Part shown: piece after piece, positions 22,983 to 34,488 of the stretch | Layout: each line of letters begins with the position of its first letter | Numbering within the stretch: the first letter of the stretch is position 1 | From: Balamuthia mandrillaris | Taxonomy: Eukaryota | Length of the DNA: 64,000 nucleotides | Direction of reading: 5' to 3' | Assembly: GCA_031835245.2 (NCBI GenBank) | Contig: JAVKOQ020000102.1 | Coordinates: forward strand, 62,001 to 126,000 | Notes under the pieces: generated by a model | Seen by the model: only the letters and a program-made list of their open reading frames with translations | What the model was told of the DNA's origin: nothing | The model's database searches: none | Program-made: the position numbers and the translations under genes

Positions 22983-24119
22983 CACTGTTGCTCTGCTTCT
23001 CTCAAATATGTTTCTAAGCTCCTATTAAAAAAATACCTAGACAACTTATTATCAGGCGACAGCATTGTCTACAAAGGCAACCCATTGGAGGATTTCACTC
23101 TAGTGGCCTTCCTTGACCGCTTTTCCTATCGTAACCCCAAAAAGCTTCAACGACAAAACGAAAAACAAAAGCAAAAGAGCATTCACGCTCCCGACAAGAC
23201 CGCGCAATGGGCGTTGGACGATCCTGTCAACACTTTTGGTTTCCTTCAAAAGAATCCGGAACAAGTCCGCGAGGAAGAGGTCTTCTTCTGGAAGTATTTT
23301 AAGGAAAAGAAAGCGGAGGACAGAAGGAAGGAACGCAATCGTAAGAAGAATCAGAAAAAGAAAGAGAAGAAACAGAAGGAGAGAGAAGAAGGAGAGGATC
23401 TCGATGCTTTAGCCGAAGAGTACGCCAGCTCTGACGAAGGAGAAGATGTTGATGAAGCTGCAGAATTCGAAGAAGACGAAGACGCTTTTCCAGTTGCCCT
23501 TCACAAAGAAACTGGAGAGTATGATTACGATGAACTTCAATTCGAGGAGGAAGAGGATGTAGACGCCGACGAGAACTTTAGTGGAAAGGATGATAAGTTC
23601 TATGAACGATTGCTCTTGCAAGACTTGAGCGATGACGAGAATGAAGATGAAAACGAAGACGAAGAGGGCAAACCTAACGAAGGAGAAGACGGAGATACGT
23701 TTGTGAGTGGAGGAGATACGTTTGTGTCTGCTGATGAGTTTGCGAAAATTCTGGAAAGTTCTGGAAAGGACGAAGCCGGAGAGAAACAAATCTCTTGGGA
23801 AAAGAAACGGGGCTTCACTGTCAAAGAAAAGGTGGATAAACGTGATGACAACAATGAAGAAGATGAAGAAGACGCACATGTTTTCAATGACGGAGAAGAC
23901 GGCGTTGGCTTTTTGGATTCGGAGCGAGAGACGAAACAGGCTTCCGGTCAGAAACGCAAGAGAGAAGGAGGTAGAGGTGGAAGAGGTGGAAGGGGAGGCG
24001 GCAGAGGAGGCAGAGGTGGCAGAGGCGGACGAGGAGGAAGACCAGGCAGAGGTGGTAAAGGAAGAAGCGGCGGTGGAGCTGGCAAAAACAAACCAGCCAA
24101 GAAACGAGCACGTCGTTAA
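20666..24119 (+). CDS. CEBPZ: CEBPZ / Noc1 / Mak21 ribosome biogenesis factor, multi-exon
   Basis: WLKTVLHSGTTSDRMAALTLLVQ, KPEQEKTLLALLINKLGD, LLTGVNRAFPF, RFYRALYAKL, YDPKKREPLYA, HCHPSV, FLDRFSYRNPK. Acidic tail and RGG box. Confidence 0.95.
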
Positions 24120-24124
24120 AAGGA

Positions 24125-24175
<51 letters not shown>

Positions 24176-24510
24176 AGAGAGCAGAGAGCAGAGAGCAGAG
24201 AGCAGAGAGCAGAGAGCAGAGAGCAGAGAGCAGCAAAAGCAACGAAGATGAAATAAGAAGAGGATTTTTTTGAAAGAAGCATTATTTTTTTTTTCAAAGG
24301 ATTTTTTTGAAAGAGAAAGGCTTGACCAAAGGCTAGGGAAGAGGTAACGGCCACGTGCAAGCGACGAACAACTTTGAAGAAAAGAGAACTCGCTGGAGAA
24401 CGGGAGAGATAGAGAAATAGACCAAGGTGCTCCACCTCCTGTTTCTTTTCTCCCTCACCCTCTCCTGCAATTCCAGAAGAAGCTTCTTCTCTTTTCCTCC
24501 TGTTGTGCGC

Positions 24511-25119
24511 TTAATAGTAGGAGCCACTGTGACGGCCGCCTTCCATCATTCCGCTACGGCCCATGCTGCTGCCGCCCATGCTGCTTCTGCCCATGCCGCC
24601 GCTGCGCTTCTCCTCCAGGTGGCAGCGCAGCTTCTTGGCCATCTCCTTGTGGTTCCTGATCGTGCACTCCAAAAAGTCCTTCACGTCAGGGGCGATGTTG
24701 CTCTTGTCCAGGCGCATGCAGTCCCTGTTCAACATCTGGATGACCCTCTCCAGGTCCTCCAGCAGGATCTGGACCTGCTGGTCGGCATCGGGCCACTTGC
24801 TCTGGCCCCTCACGCCGGGGCTGATCCTGGTGAGGTGCAGCATCTCGGGGATGTGAGGCACGCGGAAGCCCAGGTTGCGCAGCTCCTTGCAGGTCAGCTC
24901 GTTGAAGAGGAGGAAGTTCTTGGCCAGCACCTCGAAGAGGTCCTTCAGCATCTCGCGGCGCTTGCCCAGCACGTTGTGCTTGTAGTTGAAGGACTTGGTG
25001 GCCAGCACCCACTGGTCGGCGGAGAGCTTGCTGAGGATGTCGCCGCACTCGTGGCACTCGCGCTCGTCCAGGCCGATGTTGGGCTTGATGGATTGGCACT
25101 CCAGTCTGAACTCGGTCAT
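24511..25119 (-). CDS. Dps-like (mini-ferritin fold) protein with substituted ferroxidase ligands, intronless, 202 aa
   Basis: KPNIGLDE...LSKLSADQWVLATKSFNYKHNVLG...LFE...ELRNLG...LLEDLERVI...DFLE..IRNHKEMAKKLRCHL aligns by eye along the whole length of bacterial Dps (KPNIGI...LLAD.YVLYTKT.N.HWNV.G...AERIR.LG...LL.DHE...DF...HEK.AW.LR.HL). Confidence 0.75.
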   Translation of the reverse strand: MTEFRLECQSIKPNIGLDERECHECGDILSKLSADQWVLATKSFNYKHNVLGKRREMLKDLFEVLAKNFLLFNELTCKELRNLGFRVPHIPEMLHLTRISPGVRGQSKWPDADQQVQILLEDLERVIQMLNRDCMRLDKSNIAPDVKDFLECTIRNHKEMAKKLRCHLEEKRSGGMGRSSMGGSSMGRSGMMEGGRHSGSYY

Positions 25120-25885
25120 TGTCGTGGTTGTTGTTGTTGTTGTTGTTCTTGTAAGAAGAGGCAGTGAGATTTGTTTGTTGTGGTGAAGATGGAAGAAGAA
25201 GATGGAAATGGTTTGGTATTTATGTATACAAGAAGAGAGAAGGAGAAAAAAGGTATGGAAAGAAAGCACAGAAAATCCACGGTGAAAGGAAAGGAATGCG
25301 GAGCATCGATAGAAGCAACGTAGAAATAACCCATGGATTTCTTTGTTGGGATGGCTTTTTTTGCCTTTCTGCACGTACATATGCGACATATCCCTGAAAC
25401 GCTTGGCCAGCTTTGGACAATCCAGCGATTTTAGCGGCAAGACCCACCACGTGAAAAGTCACTTTTTTTTTTTGAATTTGGAGTGGTCTAGAATTTTTGT
25501 AGACTTGTCCGATCTAATCAGAGTAATCTATGATCATCTATGTCTACAACATTTTTATCCATGACGACATGTTTGGTCGTCTCTGTTTATTTTAATAAAT
25601 TCGGCCGAAACAAGATGTCTGCAGAAATGAGTCGACGGAATTACTCAAAAGGTCGACAGGAAATTGAACTTAGTCGTGACGACGTGATGAGGTCGACAAA
25701 TCTTAAATGCGAACCCAAAAGAAGAAGTGCAGGCATCGTTTCATGGAAAAGAATTGAAGCAGATAAGCAGCGGCTTCTCTCTCTTCCTTTCTAAATACTT
25801 TTTCTTTTTGGTGAAACAGCTTGTGAAGCAGGTTCACTTTTGCAAAAAAAAAAAAAATAAAGGGAAAGAACTACCACACAAGCTG

Positions 25886-27743
25886 ATGTCGGCATCAAAC
25901 ATGTCTCGCTCCACGACAGGGGAAAATGTGTGCTGCGGCCTCTATGCCGCGAAAGACAGCCGACAGCCGTTGCCGCTGCAAGGCCTCTCCGTGAGGGCTC
26001 GCCTCGTGGACATGGTGGCTCATGTGGAGGTCACCCAAGAGTTTGTCAACGACCAAGACACCTCCTTAGAAGCCATGTAACTACGTTTTCCCTCTGTTTA
26101 TTTTTCATTGTTGTTTAATCTTTTTTCTTTTTTCTTTTATTATGATAAAAAAACGTGTAGATGGAAGTTTCAGCAGGAGCAAGCCACCATCTACGCCTTC
26201 TCTGCCACGCTCGACGATGGCCGCACCGTGCACGCCCGCATCAAGGAGAAGGAGGAGGCGGCCGACCTCTACGAGGACTCCCTGAGCCAGGGCCACTCGG
26301 CCTTCCTCCTCTCGCAGGACTCGACTTCGCTCTTCCAAATGAGCTTGGGCAACCTTCTCCCCGCGAGGCGGTGCAGGGTGGAGTTTCGTTACGTTTGCGA
26401 GCTTCCACTGGAGAGAGGAGAGGAGGACGAGAAGGACGCCATACGTTTCGTCTTGCCGCCGTTTACCTCGCTAAAGTCGGCATTGGAGGAAAGGAGCAAA
26501 GGAACGGAAGAGAATAAGGAGGAAGAAACAAGAGGAGGAAGAGTGGAAGTGGAGTTGGAGATGAGCTCCAAGATTGTTTCGGTGGAGAGTCCCTCGCATG
26601 CATCGTTTATGAGGATGGAGAAAGCAGAAGGAGTGGAGGAGGAGATGGGAGGAAGAGGTAAAGTATGTTTTGGAGGAGGAAAGTTTGATCTCTCTTCTCC
26701 GTTGTCTTTGTTGGTGAAGACAGAAGAAGCGAATGAACCACATGCAGTTGTGGAGATGGACGAGGAAAGAGAAAAGAAGGTAGAGGAAGAAGATGAGAAG
26801 GAGGAAAGAAAAGAAGTGGCGGTGATGTTGTCGTTCTTCCCAAAGTTGAACGGAGAAGATATGGAGACGATCACAGAGATGGTTTTTGTTGTGGATAGAA
26901 GGTACCTTTCTCTCTCTCTCTCTCTCTCTCTCCCCGAAGTTTTGTAGAGTTGGATTAAAACACACATTTGGTATATTAGTGGATCGATGGCAGGAAGCCG
27001 CATTGAGCAAGCTAAAAACGCTCTGTTCCTGTTTCTTCAAAGCATTCCATTGGGTACTCGCTTTAATGGTACTGCCTTCTTGTTATCGTTCTCGTTCTTA
27101 TTGTTATTCTTGTTCTTCACTTTTATATCCTTGTCCTTTTGCTTCTGCTTTTCGCGACTAACATACAACAAGTGGTTGGTTTTGGTAGTCATTTCACACA
27201 GCTATTTTCCGAGAGTGTGGAATACAACGGTGATACCCTGAAAAAAGCTATTGCGCACGTGAAAGATATGGCAGCCAACATGGGTGGCACTTCCATTCTT
27301 CCTCCTTTGCAAAGCATCTTGTCTACTCCTCCTGATCCTTACTACCCTCGTCAAGTCTTTGTTCTGGTACTTTCTTCCTCTCTTGCTCACCTATTCTCAT
27401 TCTCTCGTTCTTTGTCTCATACTTTTATTTATGGAACCCTTCCTATAGACGGATGGTGAGGTGGGAAATACGGACCAAGTGTTGGCTTATGTGGCAGCTA
27501 ATGCCAAGTCCACTCGCGTGTTTTCCTTTGGCATTGGCTCTGGCGCCAGCACTCATCTCGTCAATGGCCTGGCTAGAGCTGGCAACGGCCAGGTAGTCTT
27601 CTTGTTCTTATGCTTGTTCTTTTTCTTTTTCGTCTTCTTGTTCTTGTTCTTGTTCTTGTTCTTGTTCTTCTTCTTCTTCTTGTGCTTCTTCTTGTGCTTC
27701 TTCTTGTGCTTCTTCTTCTTCTCCTTCCTCCTTCTTCGTGACT

Positions 27744-27781
<38 letters not shown>

Positions 27782-29336
27782 CTAGGCTGAGTTCATTGGG
27801 TCAGGAGAAAGATTAGAAGCCATTATAATGCGTCAGTTGAAACGTGCTCTTCAACCAGTTTTGAAGCAGCCCAAAGTCGAATGGGGACCTACTCTCACCC
27901 CCTGTTTGCTTCGTGAGACGGAATCTTCGTCTCAACCCATTTTCGATGGGGAAAAAGTCTTGCACTTTGCTTTCTTTGACGGAGAGAAGCTGATGACAGC
28001 GGAAGGAAGAGAAGAGCAGCTGCAAAAGATCATTCAAGAAGAAGTCTATTTGAGTGCGGTTGTTGACAAAGAAGGGGAAGGGAGGAAAGAATTACGATTT
28101 GGATTGAAGAGCGCTAATCATCACGCTTCTTCGTCCGAGAGGACAAAGGTTGCTGATGGCATGATTCATCGCTTAGCTGCTCGTTCGTTTATCAGGTCTT
28201 TCTTTGCCTTCCTTTCTTTAGTTTCTTGTTTATTTCTTTTGTTTTGCGGCTTTATTTCTTGTTTTGTTTCTTTCTTGTCGTTTTGTTAACACAAAAACCT
28301 ATTTTTAATATAAAGGGAGCTGATGAAGGACAAAGAGGCAAACAAAGAGGAAATTATCAACCTGGGGCTCAAGTACAGCTTGGTGAGCCAATTCACATCC
28401 TTTATCGCAGTTCACGAGAATGAAGAAGCAGTAATGGGTTCTATGAGGTCCGCCATCATCTCCGACGATCGTCATTCTCCTTTCCCGTCGTCATCTTCTT
28501 CTTCATTTGCTTCTTCCCGCAACGGCCCACGTGATATTGCAGCCATTCAAAGAGAAATAGCAGATATCCAAGCTATTATGATAACCAACATTGAGTACGT
28601 TTTTGTAGTTTGTAGTTTGTAGTTTATTCACTTTTATTAACGTGTGGTTCTAGCCAAGTGCTGCAAAGAGGAGAATCGATTGAAATGTGTCTCGACCGCT
28701 CACAAGACTTGATGATGGAGGCTGGTGCTTTCAAGATGTCAGCCAAACGAATGAACAGGCCAGGGTTCCTGTCTTCGGTTGGTGCCGCTTTGTCTGGCAT
28801 CGGCGGTGCCATCGTGAATGCCTTTTCTTCCTCCTCTTCTTCTGCCGCTTCTTCAAATTCGTTCGCTTCAGCTTCCTCTTCTTCTATTCTACCTCCAGAT
28901 TCTTCTTCCTCTTTAGATTCTTGTTTGGGTGTGGCCCCTGTTGTTCAAGAAAAGAAGGAAACCCACAGGAAGCAGTTGGATGAGGACGACTGCAAACAAG
29001 CACAAAAAGAAAGCATAACGCCAACATCAAGAACAACGATAGGCAAAGAAACGTTGTACTCTCTTGTTCGTTTGCAGAGCGCGTTTGGAGAGTGGCAGTT
29101 GGACGAGAAGTTGGTCTCTCATTTGGGCGTTTCTGGCGGCATGGACAAGGTCTTGGATGCCCTTCCCAATTACCTCTCCTCGGTGGCGCCTTCTTTGGGC
29201 AAAACTCTATGGGCCACTGCTTTAGCTGTAGCGTTCTTGCAAGTTTATTTTGCTGATTGTCATGAGGCACGTTCTTTTTGTTTCTCTGTCTCTGTCTCTG
29301 TCTCTGTCTCTGTCTCTGTCTCTGTCTCTGTCTCTG

Positions 29337-29408
<72 letters not shown>

Positions 29409-29554
29409 TTATGTTACTTACTCCAAGTTAGGAATGGGAATTGTTGGTTGGCAAAGCCAAAAAGTTTATCAGGCAAGAATGGTGGAAACTCAACAGAGAC
29501 GACAGTTTCAACATTCTTTTGGATGACGCTCACCGCTTTGTTCTCTCCCTCTAA
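25886..29554 (+). CDS. VIT + vWA (VWA5A-like) protein with an embedded synaptobrevin-type SNARE coil, multi-exon
   Basis: VIT: LPLQGLSVRARL...VTQEFVN...IKEKEEAADLYED...LGNL. vWA: FVVDRSGSMAG, ANMGGTSI, VLTDGEV, RVFSFGIG. C-terminal LVRLQSAFGEW...WATALAVAFL...EWELLVGKA. Confidence 0.88.
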
Positions 29555-29721
29555 TCACCTTGAACGATACGACAACCTCATTCCTTTTTAGTGTGAATAG
29601 AGTTTCTTTTTTCCTTTTATTTGTTTTTAAAGGAATATATAAATGCTAATAACAAAAACATAAAACAAAACCACGAAAACATGAGAACACAAAAAAAAGG
29701 GGTTGGTGGTGGCTATAGTAC

Positions 29722-32043
29722 TTATTGTCGTCTTTCTGCCAAAACATCAAGCACCAACTGCAAATACTCTGGATGCTGTTTCGAATACTTTACAAACTCA
29801 TCTATTATTTTTTGTGCGAGAATAACAGCAAAAGAGAAGTTAATAAACAAAATAGAAAGAAAATAAACGAACGTACCAAAAGAGATCTCTCCGTTGTGGT
29901 CGGAATCGATGGCTGAGAAGATGGCCTCAATCTTCTTGTTTTCCAGCTCAGGAAAAATGGTTCGCAGGATGAAGCCTAAATCTTCCAGCTTCACCTTTCC
30001 GTCTTGGTCCTTATCGAACACCTCAAAGGCCAACTTCAACACTTCCTCTCTCTTTGCATTCTCTCGTAACATTGCCATTCCTTACGAAAACGAGGAAGTA
30101 AGAAGACAAAACAAGAAGAAGAAAAAGAAGAAACGAACCAGTAATAAACTCGCGGAAGTTGAGCTCTCCAGACTCATCCACGTCCAACATATGAAACAAG
30201 TTCGACGTGTAAGTGCTATCCGGCAGGTTCAGCGCGTCCAAGAACTCAGCATAGCTTATCTCTCCGGAGCCGTCCTCATCCATCTGCACAAACTGCTTCA
30301 AGGCGGAGAGCATGCTCTCTCGCGAAAAGTCTTCGAGGTCGTGGCCAAACTGTTCCTTCATCAGATTTGTTTCGATCACGAGGGCCGGCATGTCTTTGCC
30401 GGTCAGCTTGTTGGCCTCCATTTGGAGGACCACGTCCTCATAGGAGTGTTCCGTCGTTGGTATGTTTAATGCTTTTGCCTTTGTTTTGATGTTTGATGAT
30501 GGAAGAGAGTATGAGAACGGAGAACGAAGAATGAAGAATGAAGAAAGAAAGACACGTTATAAAAGAGAATAAGGTGGATGTTACCATAGCCTCTCTCACG
30601 TTATGAGCAAACAATTGAGGGTGCTTCTTCTCCTCCGCAGAAGGGCGATAGACCGGAAGATATTCCACCTCCATATAATTGGTGAACTGGCTCAAAGCCC
30701 TCAAAAACAGTTTGCCCATGCTCAAAGAGGGTTGCCCCGATGTTATATCAGCATACTTAAACGGATATCTAACCACTGCCGGTTGAACTGGCTCGCCTAT
30801 TGTAGACACGTTAGGAAGGGTAAAACAAGAAACTAGAAAGCTACACTGGAAAGAGATTGGAGTGATACAAACCAGGAGAAAAGGCACCAAGTTTGAAGGA
30901 AATGAGACAAGTGCCATTCGTGCACGTTCCCTCTGGAAACAATAATACTTTTGCTCCTTCATCTTCCTCCACTTTCATCTTTTTCTTCATCTTCTCCTCA
31001 CCATTCTTTTTCATCTTCTTCTTCTTTATCTTCTTGCTCATTTGTTCATGATCATGTTTGCTGCTAACAAGAGAACAGCGTTGCTTGATCTCCAAAGCGG
31101 TGTCCTTGCGGGAGGTCGGACTCTTTCGATCTACCAGAATGGTGCCAAGGCACCTCAACACGGGACCGGCCAACGGCATGTCTCCCATCTCTTTCTTGGC
31201 CACCGGACTGGGAATGGATGGGACGTCCCAAAGGAACCAAATGGGCTCGAAGAGGGAGGGGTGGTTGCAGACGAGGAGGCGGGCGGAAGGATCTGGTCGG
31301 CCTTTGCAGCGGATGTAGTGGAAGCCGAAGAGGAAGAGGAAGGTCCTTGCGCAGAAGCTGTTGTGCATAAGAATTTAAGAAACAGTGAGAAGAGAAGTAA
31401 AAGAGAAGAGGAAGAGGAAGAGGAAAGGAAGAGGAAGAGGAAGAGGAAGAGGAAGAGGAAGAGGAAGAGGAAGAGGAAGAGGAAGAGGAAGAGGAAGAGG
31501 AAGAGGAAGAGAGGAAGAGAGGAAGAGAAAGAAGAAGAGGAAGAGAAGAATGCAGAGAAGAAGCAAACCGAATAATGAGAAGGAGTACTTTGCGGAACAA
31601 CGGAACGGGCCGTTGGGCCAGCGGGTGAACGCCCTTCTGAACGCCGATGAGGGCCAGCTTGGAGATGACCCAGGCGAACAGCAGTAACAAAATGATGAGA
31701 ACGGCCCTCAATATCGGGATCAACAGCAACCAAATAACTGTTGTCTTATTTGTTTTTTCAAAAATAAAAAAAAGTCAAAGAAGAGCACAGAAGAAGAAGA
31801 AGAAGAAGAAGAAGAAGAAGAAGAAGAAGAAGAACAAGAACAAGAAGAAGAACAAGAAGAAAGAAATGGTACTTTGAAGATGAGGTAAGGAGTCCACTGA
31901 GTCTCGTTGGTAAAATTCAGGAACGGGTTCACCGTGGCGAAACGGGTGGCCTTCATGCGGCGCGCTCTGCCCGATTGGGTCAGACAGGAAAACTGCCTGG
32001 TGAGCTGCGGTACGCTTCCCTTGAACGAAATTCTTCTCCTCAT
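29722..32043 (-). CDS. Lysophospholipid acyltransferase (LPCAT/LPEAT2-like) with C-terminal EF-hands, multi-exon
   Basis: NHPSLFEPI, FPEGTCTNG, FKLGAF.PG.PVQP, EVEYLPVY.PS.EEK..P.LFA.NVR. EF-hands DEDGSGEISYAEF, DVDESGELNFREF, DKDQDGKV, DSDHNGEISF.EF. Confidence 0.92.
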
Positions 32044-32522
32044 CCCACCTTCTTCTTCCTTTTTGACTTTCTCTCTTTTATTTATTATTATATGTTTCAT
32101 TTTTTTTCACCGGAAAAATGAATCATTGTCAAAACTTTCGGAAAAATGAAATTATAATTTTTGCTTCCTCTTTTGAATTTATTTTCTTGCTAGCTTTCTT
32201 TGTTCCTTGTTCTTCCTCCTCGTTCCCTTCATTCCTCTGAACACTTCCCAATGTCCGCCTCTTGCAGCTGCAACAAAGCGCTGGCTGCTGATACAGCAAG
32301 AAAATAATTTCTGCTAAGAAATTATTCAATAGTTACGAATTAATTGATAAATGGTGTTATATTGCTGATAATTCATTTTTATTTAAAATCATCGTTATTC
32401 CGTCATTTTTGACGGTAAGATCGCTTAAGATTCAGATCACATGGATTTTGATTTTTGATTGGTGCTCATTATGAACCAAAAACATAAGAAAAAAAAAAAA
32501 AAACAGAAGAACGACGACGACG

Positions 32523-33393
32523 ATGGAAGGAGTAGAAGTGTGTTCTCTCTTTGACGCCACCGCCAACGTCAACCCTTTTGCCTTGGCCAGCTTCAGTCGA
32601 GAAAAATGGGAGTACATGGCCCTCTTCGACACCGAAAGATGGTACGACGAGCTGCCTCAATGGACCTTCCCGACCTGGTTTTTGGCGTTGAGCGTCGACG
32701 AAGGCCGCGCCCTCGTCGCCTACTTCCAGCGAAACGTGCTTGGGAGAAGAGGAGGAGAGGTGTTTACGGAGAAGCATCGGAGGGACTTGGCAGGGTTGAA
32801 GGAGCGGCTGGATAGCGTAATGCAGCAACAGCAGGAGGAGGAAAACGATGGAGGAGAGTGTGGTGGTGACGGTTGTTATTTCGTGCGTCTTTCTTCTCGA
32901 AGTCCCAAAGACGTTGGTCTTAATGGTTTGGATCTTCTTCTTTTGTTTTTTCTTTTTTTTTTCTACTCTATGATTATTATTGTTTTATTTATATAAACTC
33001 TTTTAACTGATAAAAGCCAACACAGGAGACCATCCACAGATTCTCACCTCCCTGCGGCAAGAATTGGACAGGCTGAACGCCACGTCCGTCAACGACAAGC
33101 TGAGAGCGCTGCAAACGGCAGTGGGACGCGTCCTCAAAGTGTCCACCGCTGAAGCGGCCCTCTCCTTGATAGGCACCAGCGAGAGGACTTACACGGATTT
33201 GTTGCATTACTTGGAGGACGAGTCGTCGTGGAAGATGAAGGTCGTGATTCGGCGTTGGGTTGATGGGATTGATGTTGGGTATGTTTTTTCTTTGTTATTC
33301 GTTCTGTCTCCTTGTTTTTTAATTCTTCTTCTTCATCTTGTTCTTCTTGTTGTTGTTCTTGTTCTTGTTCTTCTTGTTGTTGTTCTTGTTCTT

Positions 33394-33424
<31 letters not shown>

Positions 33425-33668
33425 TTCATCTTCTTCTTCTTGTTCTTCTTGTTCTTCTTGTTCTTCTTCTTGTTCTTCTTCTTCTTCTGCTTCTTCTTCT
33501 TCTTTCCTTCTTGTTCTTGTTCTTGTTCTTGTTCTTGTTCTTGTTCTTCTTCTTGTTCTTCTTCTTGTTCTTCTTCTTGTTCTTCTTCTTGTTCTTCTTC
33601 TTGTTCTTGTTCTTCTTCTTCTTCTTCTTCTTCTTCTTCTTCTTCTTCTTCTTCTTCTTCTTCTTCTT

Positions 33669-33699
<31 letters not shown>

Positions 33700-34462
33700 T
33701 TCTGCTTCTTTTTTTTCTTGTTCTTCTTCTTCTATCTACGTTTTTTAAAAAAATCCAGCAATGAGTATAGAGGATTTGTTTGTTGTGACCAGTTGACAGC
33801 TCTTTGTCAGTATAACGATCTCTGTTTCTATCCAGCCTTGGTTGGAAACGAGGTTCGTTTTTATTTTTTGTTCTCTTTGTTTACCTCTCTTAACCATATA
33901 AATAAACAGGAAAAGGTCGTGGAAGGAATAGTGGATGTATGGCTGAAAGCGCGTGAACGGTTGAATCTGTTGTACCAAGCATATATCATCGACTTTGTCA
34001 TTGTTGGTACTTCTGTTTACATCATAGAGATCAATCCATTCGTTCGTACCCTTCTCTGTTGCGCTCTCTCTCTCTCTCTCTGTTAAAAGGAGACTTTTCG
34101 TTTACAAACCAAACAAATAGGGTCCAATGACTGGAGCTTCCTTGTTCGATTGGAAGCTTGATAGAAAACTATTACAAGGAGGAGCCAATCTTTGGTTTGA
34201 AGAAGAAAGTCCCAAGGAAGAAGAAGAACCAGAAGAAGTAGAGCTGAATCCAAACGTACTTCAAATGACGTTCAACGTTGCAGAACAGAAGAAGCCGCTT
34301 TACTTTCGCCGACTGAAGAATGACCTTCCGTTGGATGCAAGTTATTTGGAGGCCTATCCCCTCTTTCGAATGTTATCCAGTAACAAAGGAAATGAGGAAG
34401 CAGTAAAAGAAGCAGAAGGAGAAAAGGAGGACAGAAGCAAAAGCAAATGTATAACTTGTTAA
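32523..34462 (+). CDS. Second Cdc123/R2K-clade ATP-grasp protein ending in a CaaX box (CITC), multi-exon
   Basis: WYDELPQWTFPT, YFVRLSSRSPKD, SERTYTDL, VVIRRW, EYRGFV, LTALCQY, YIIDF, IIEINPF, TGASLFDW; ends SKSKCITC*. Confidence 0.8.
33320..33732. repeat. Intronic (CTT/GTT)n microsatellite expansion
   Basis: Direct reading; ~400 bp inside an intron of the second R2K gene. Confidence 0.95.
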
Positions 34463-34488
34463 TATTGAAACTACTACGAACGGAATGT

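Noticed and set aside
23965..24075. RGG repeat at the CEBPZ C-terminus
   Set aside because: Common in nucleolar proteins; unremarkable.
31240..31270. HX4E instead of HX4D in the acyltransferase motif
   Set aside because: A Glu at this position is known in EF-hand-containing plant LPEAT2-type enzymes, so it is not evidence of inactivation.
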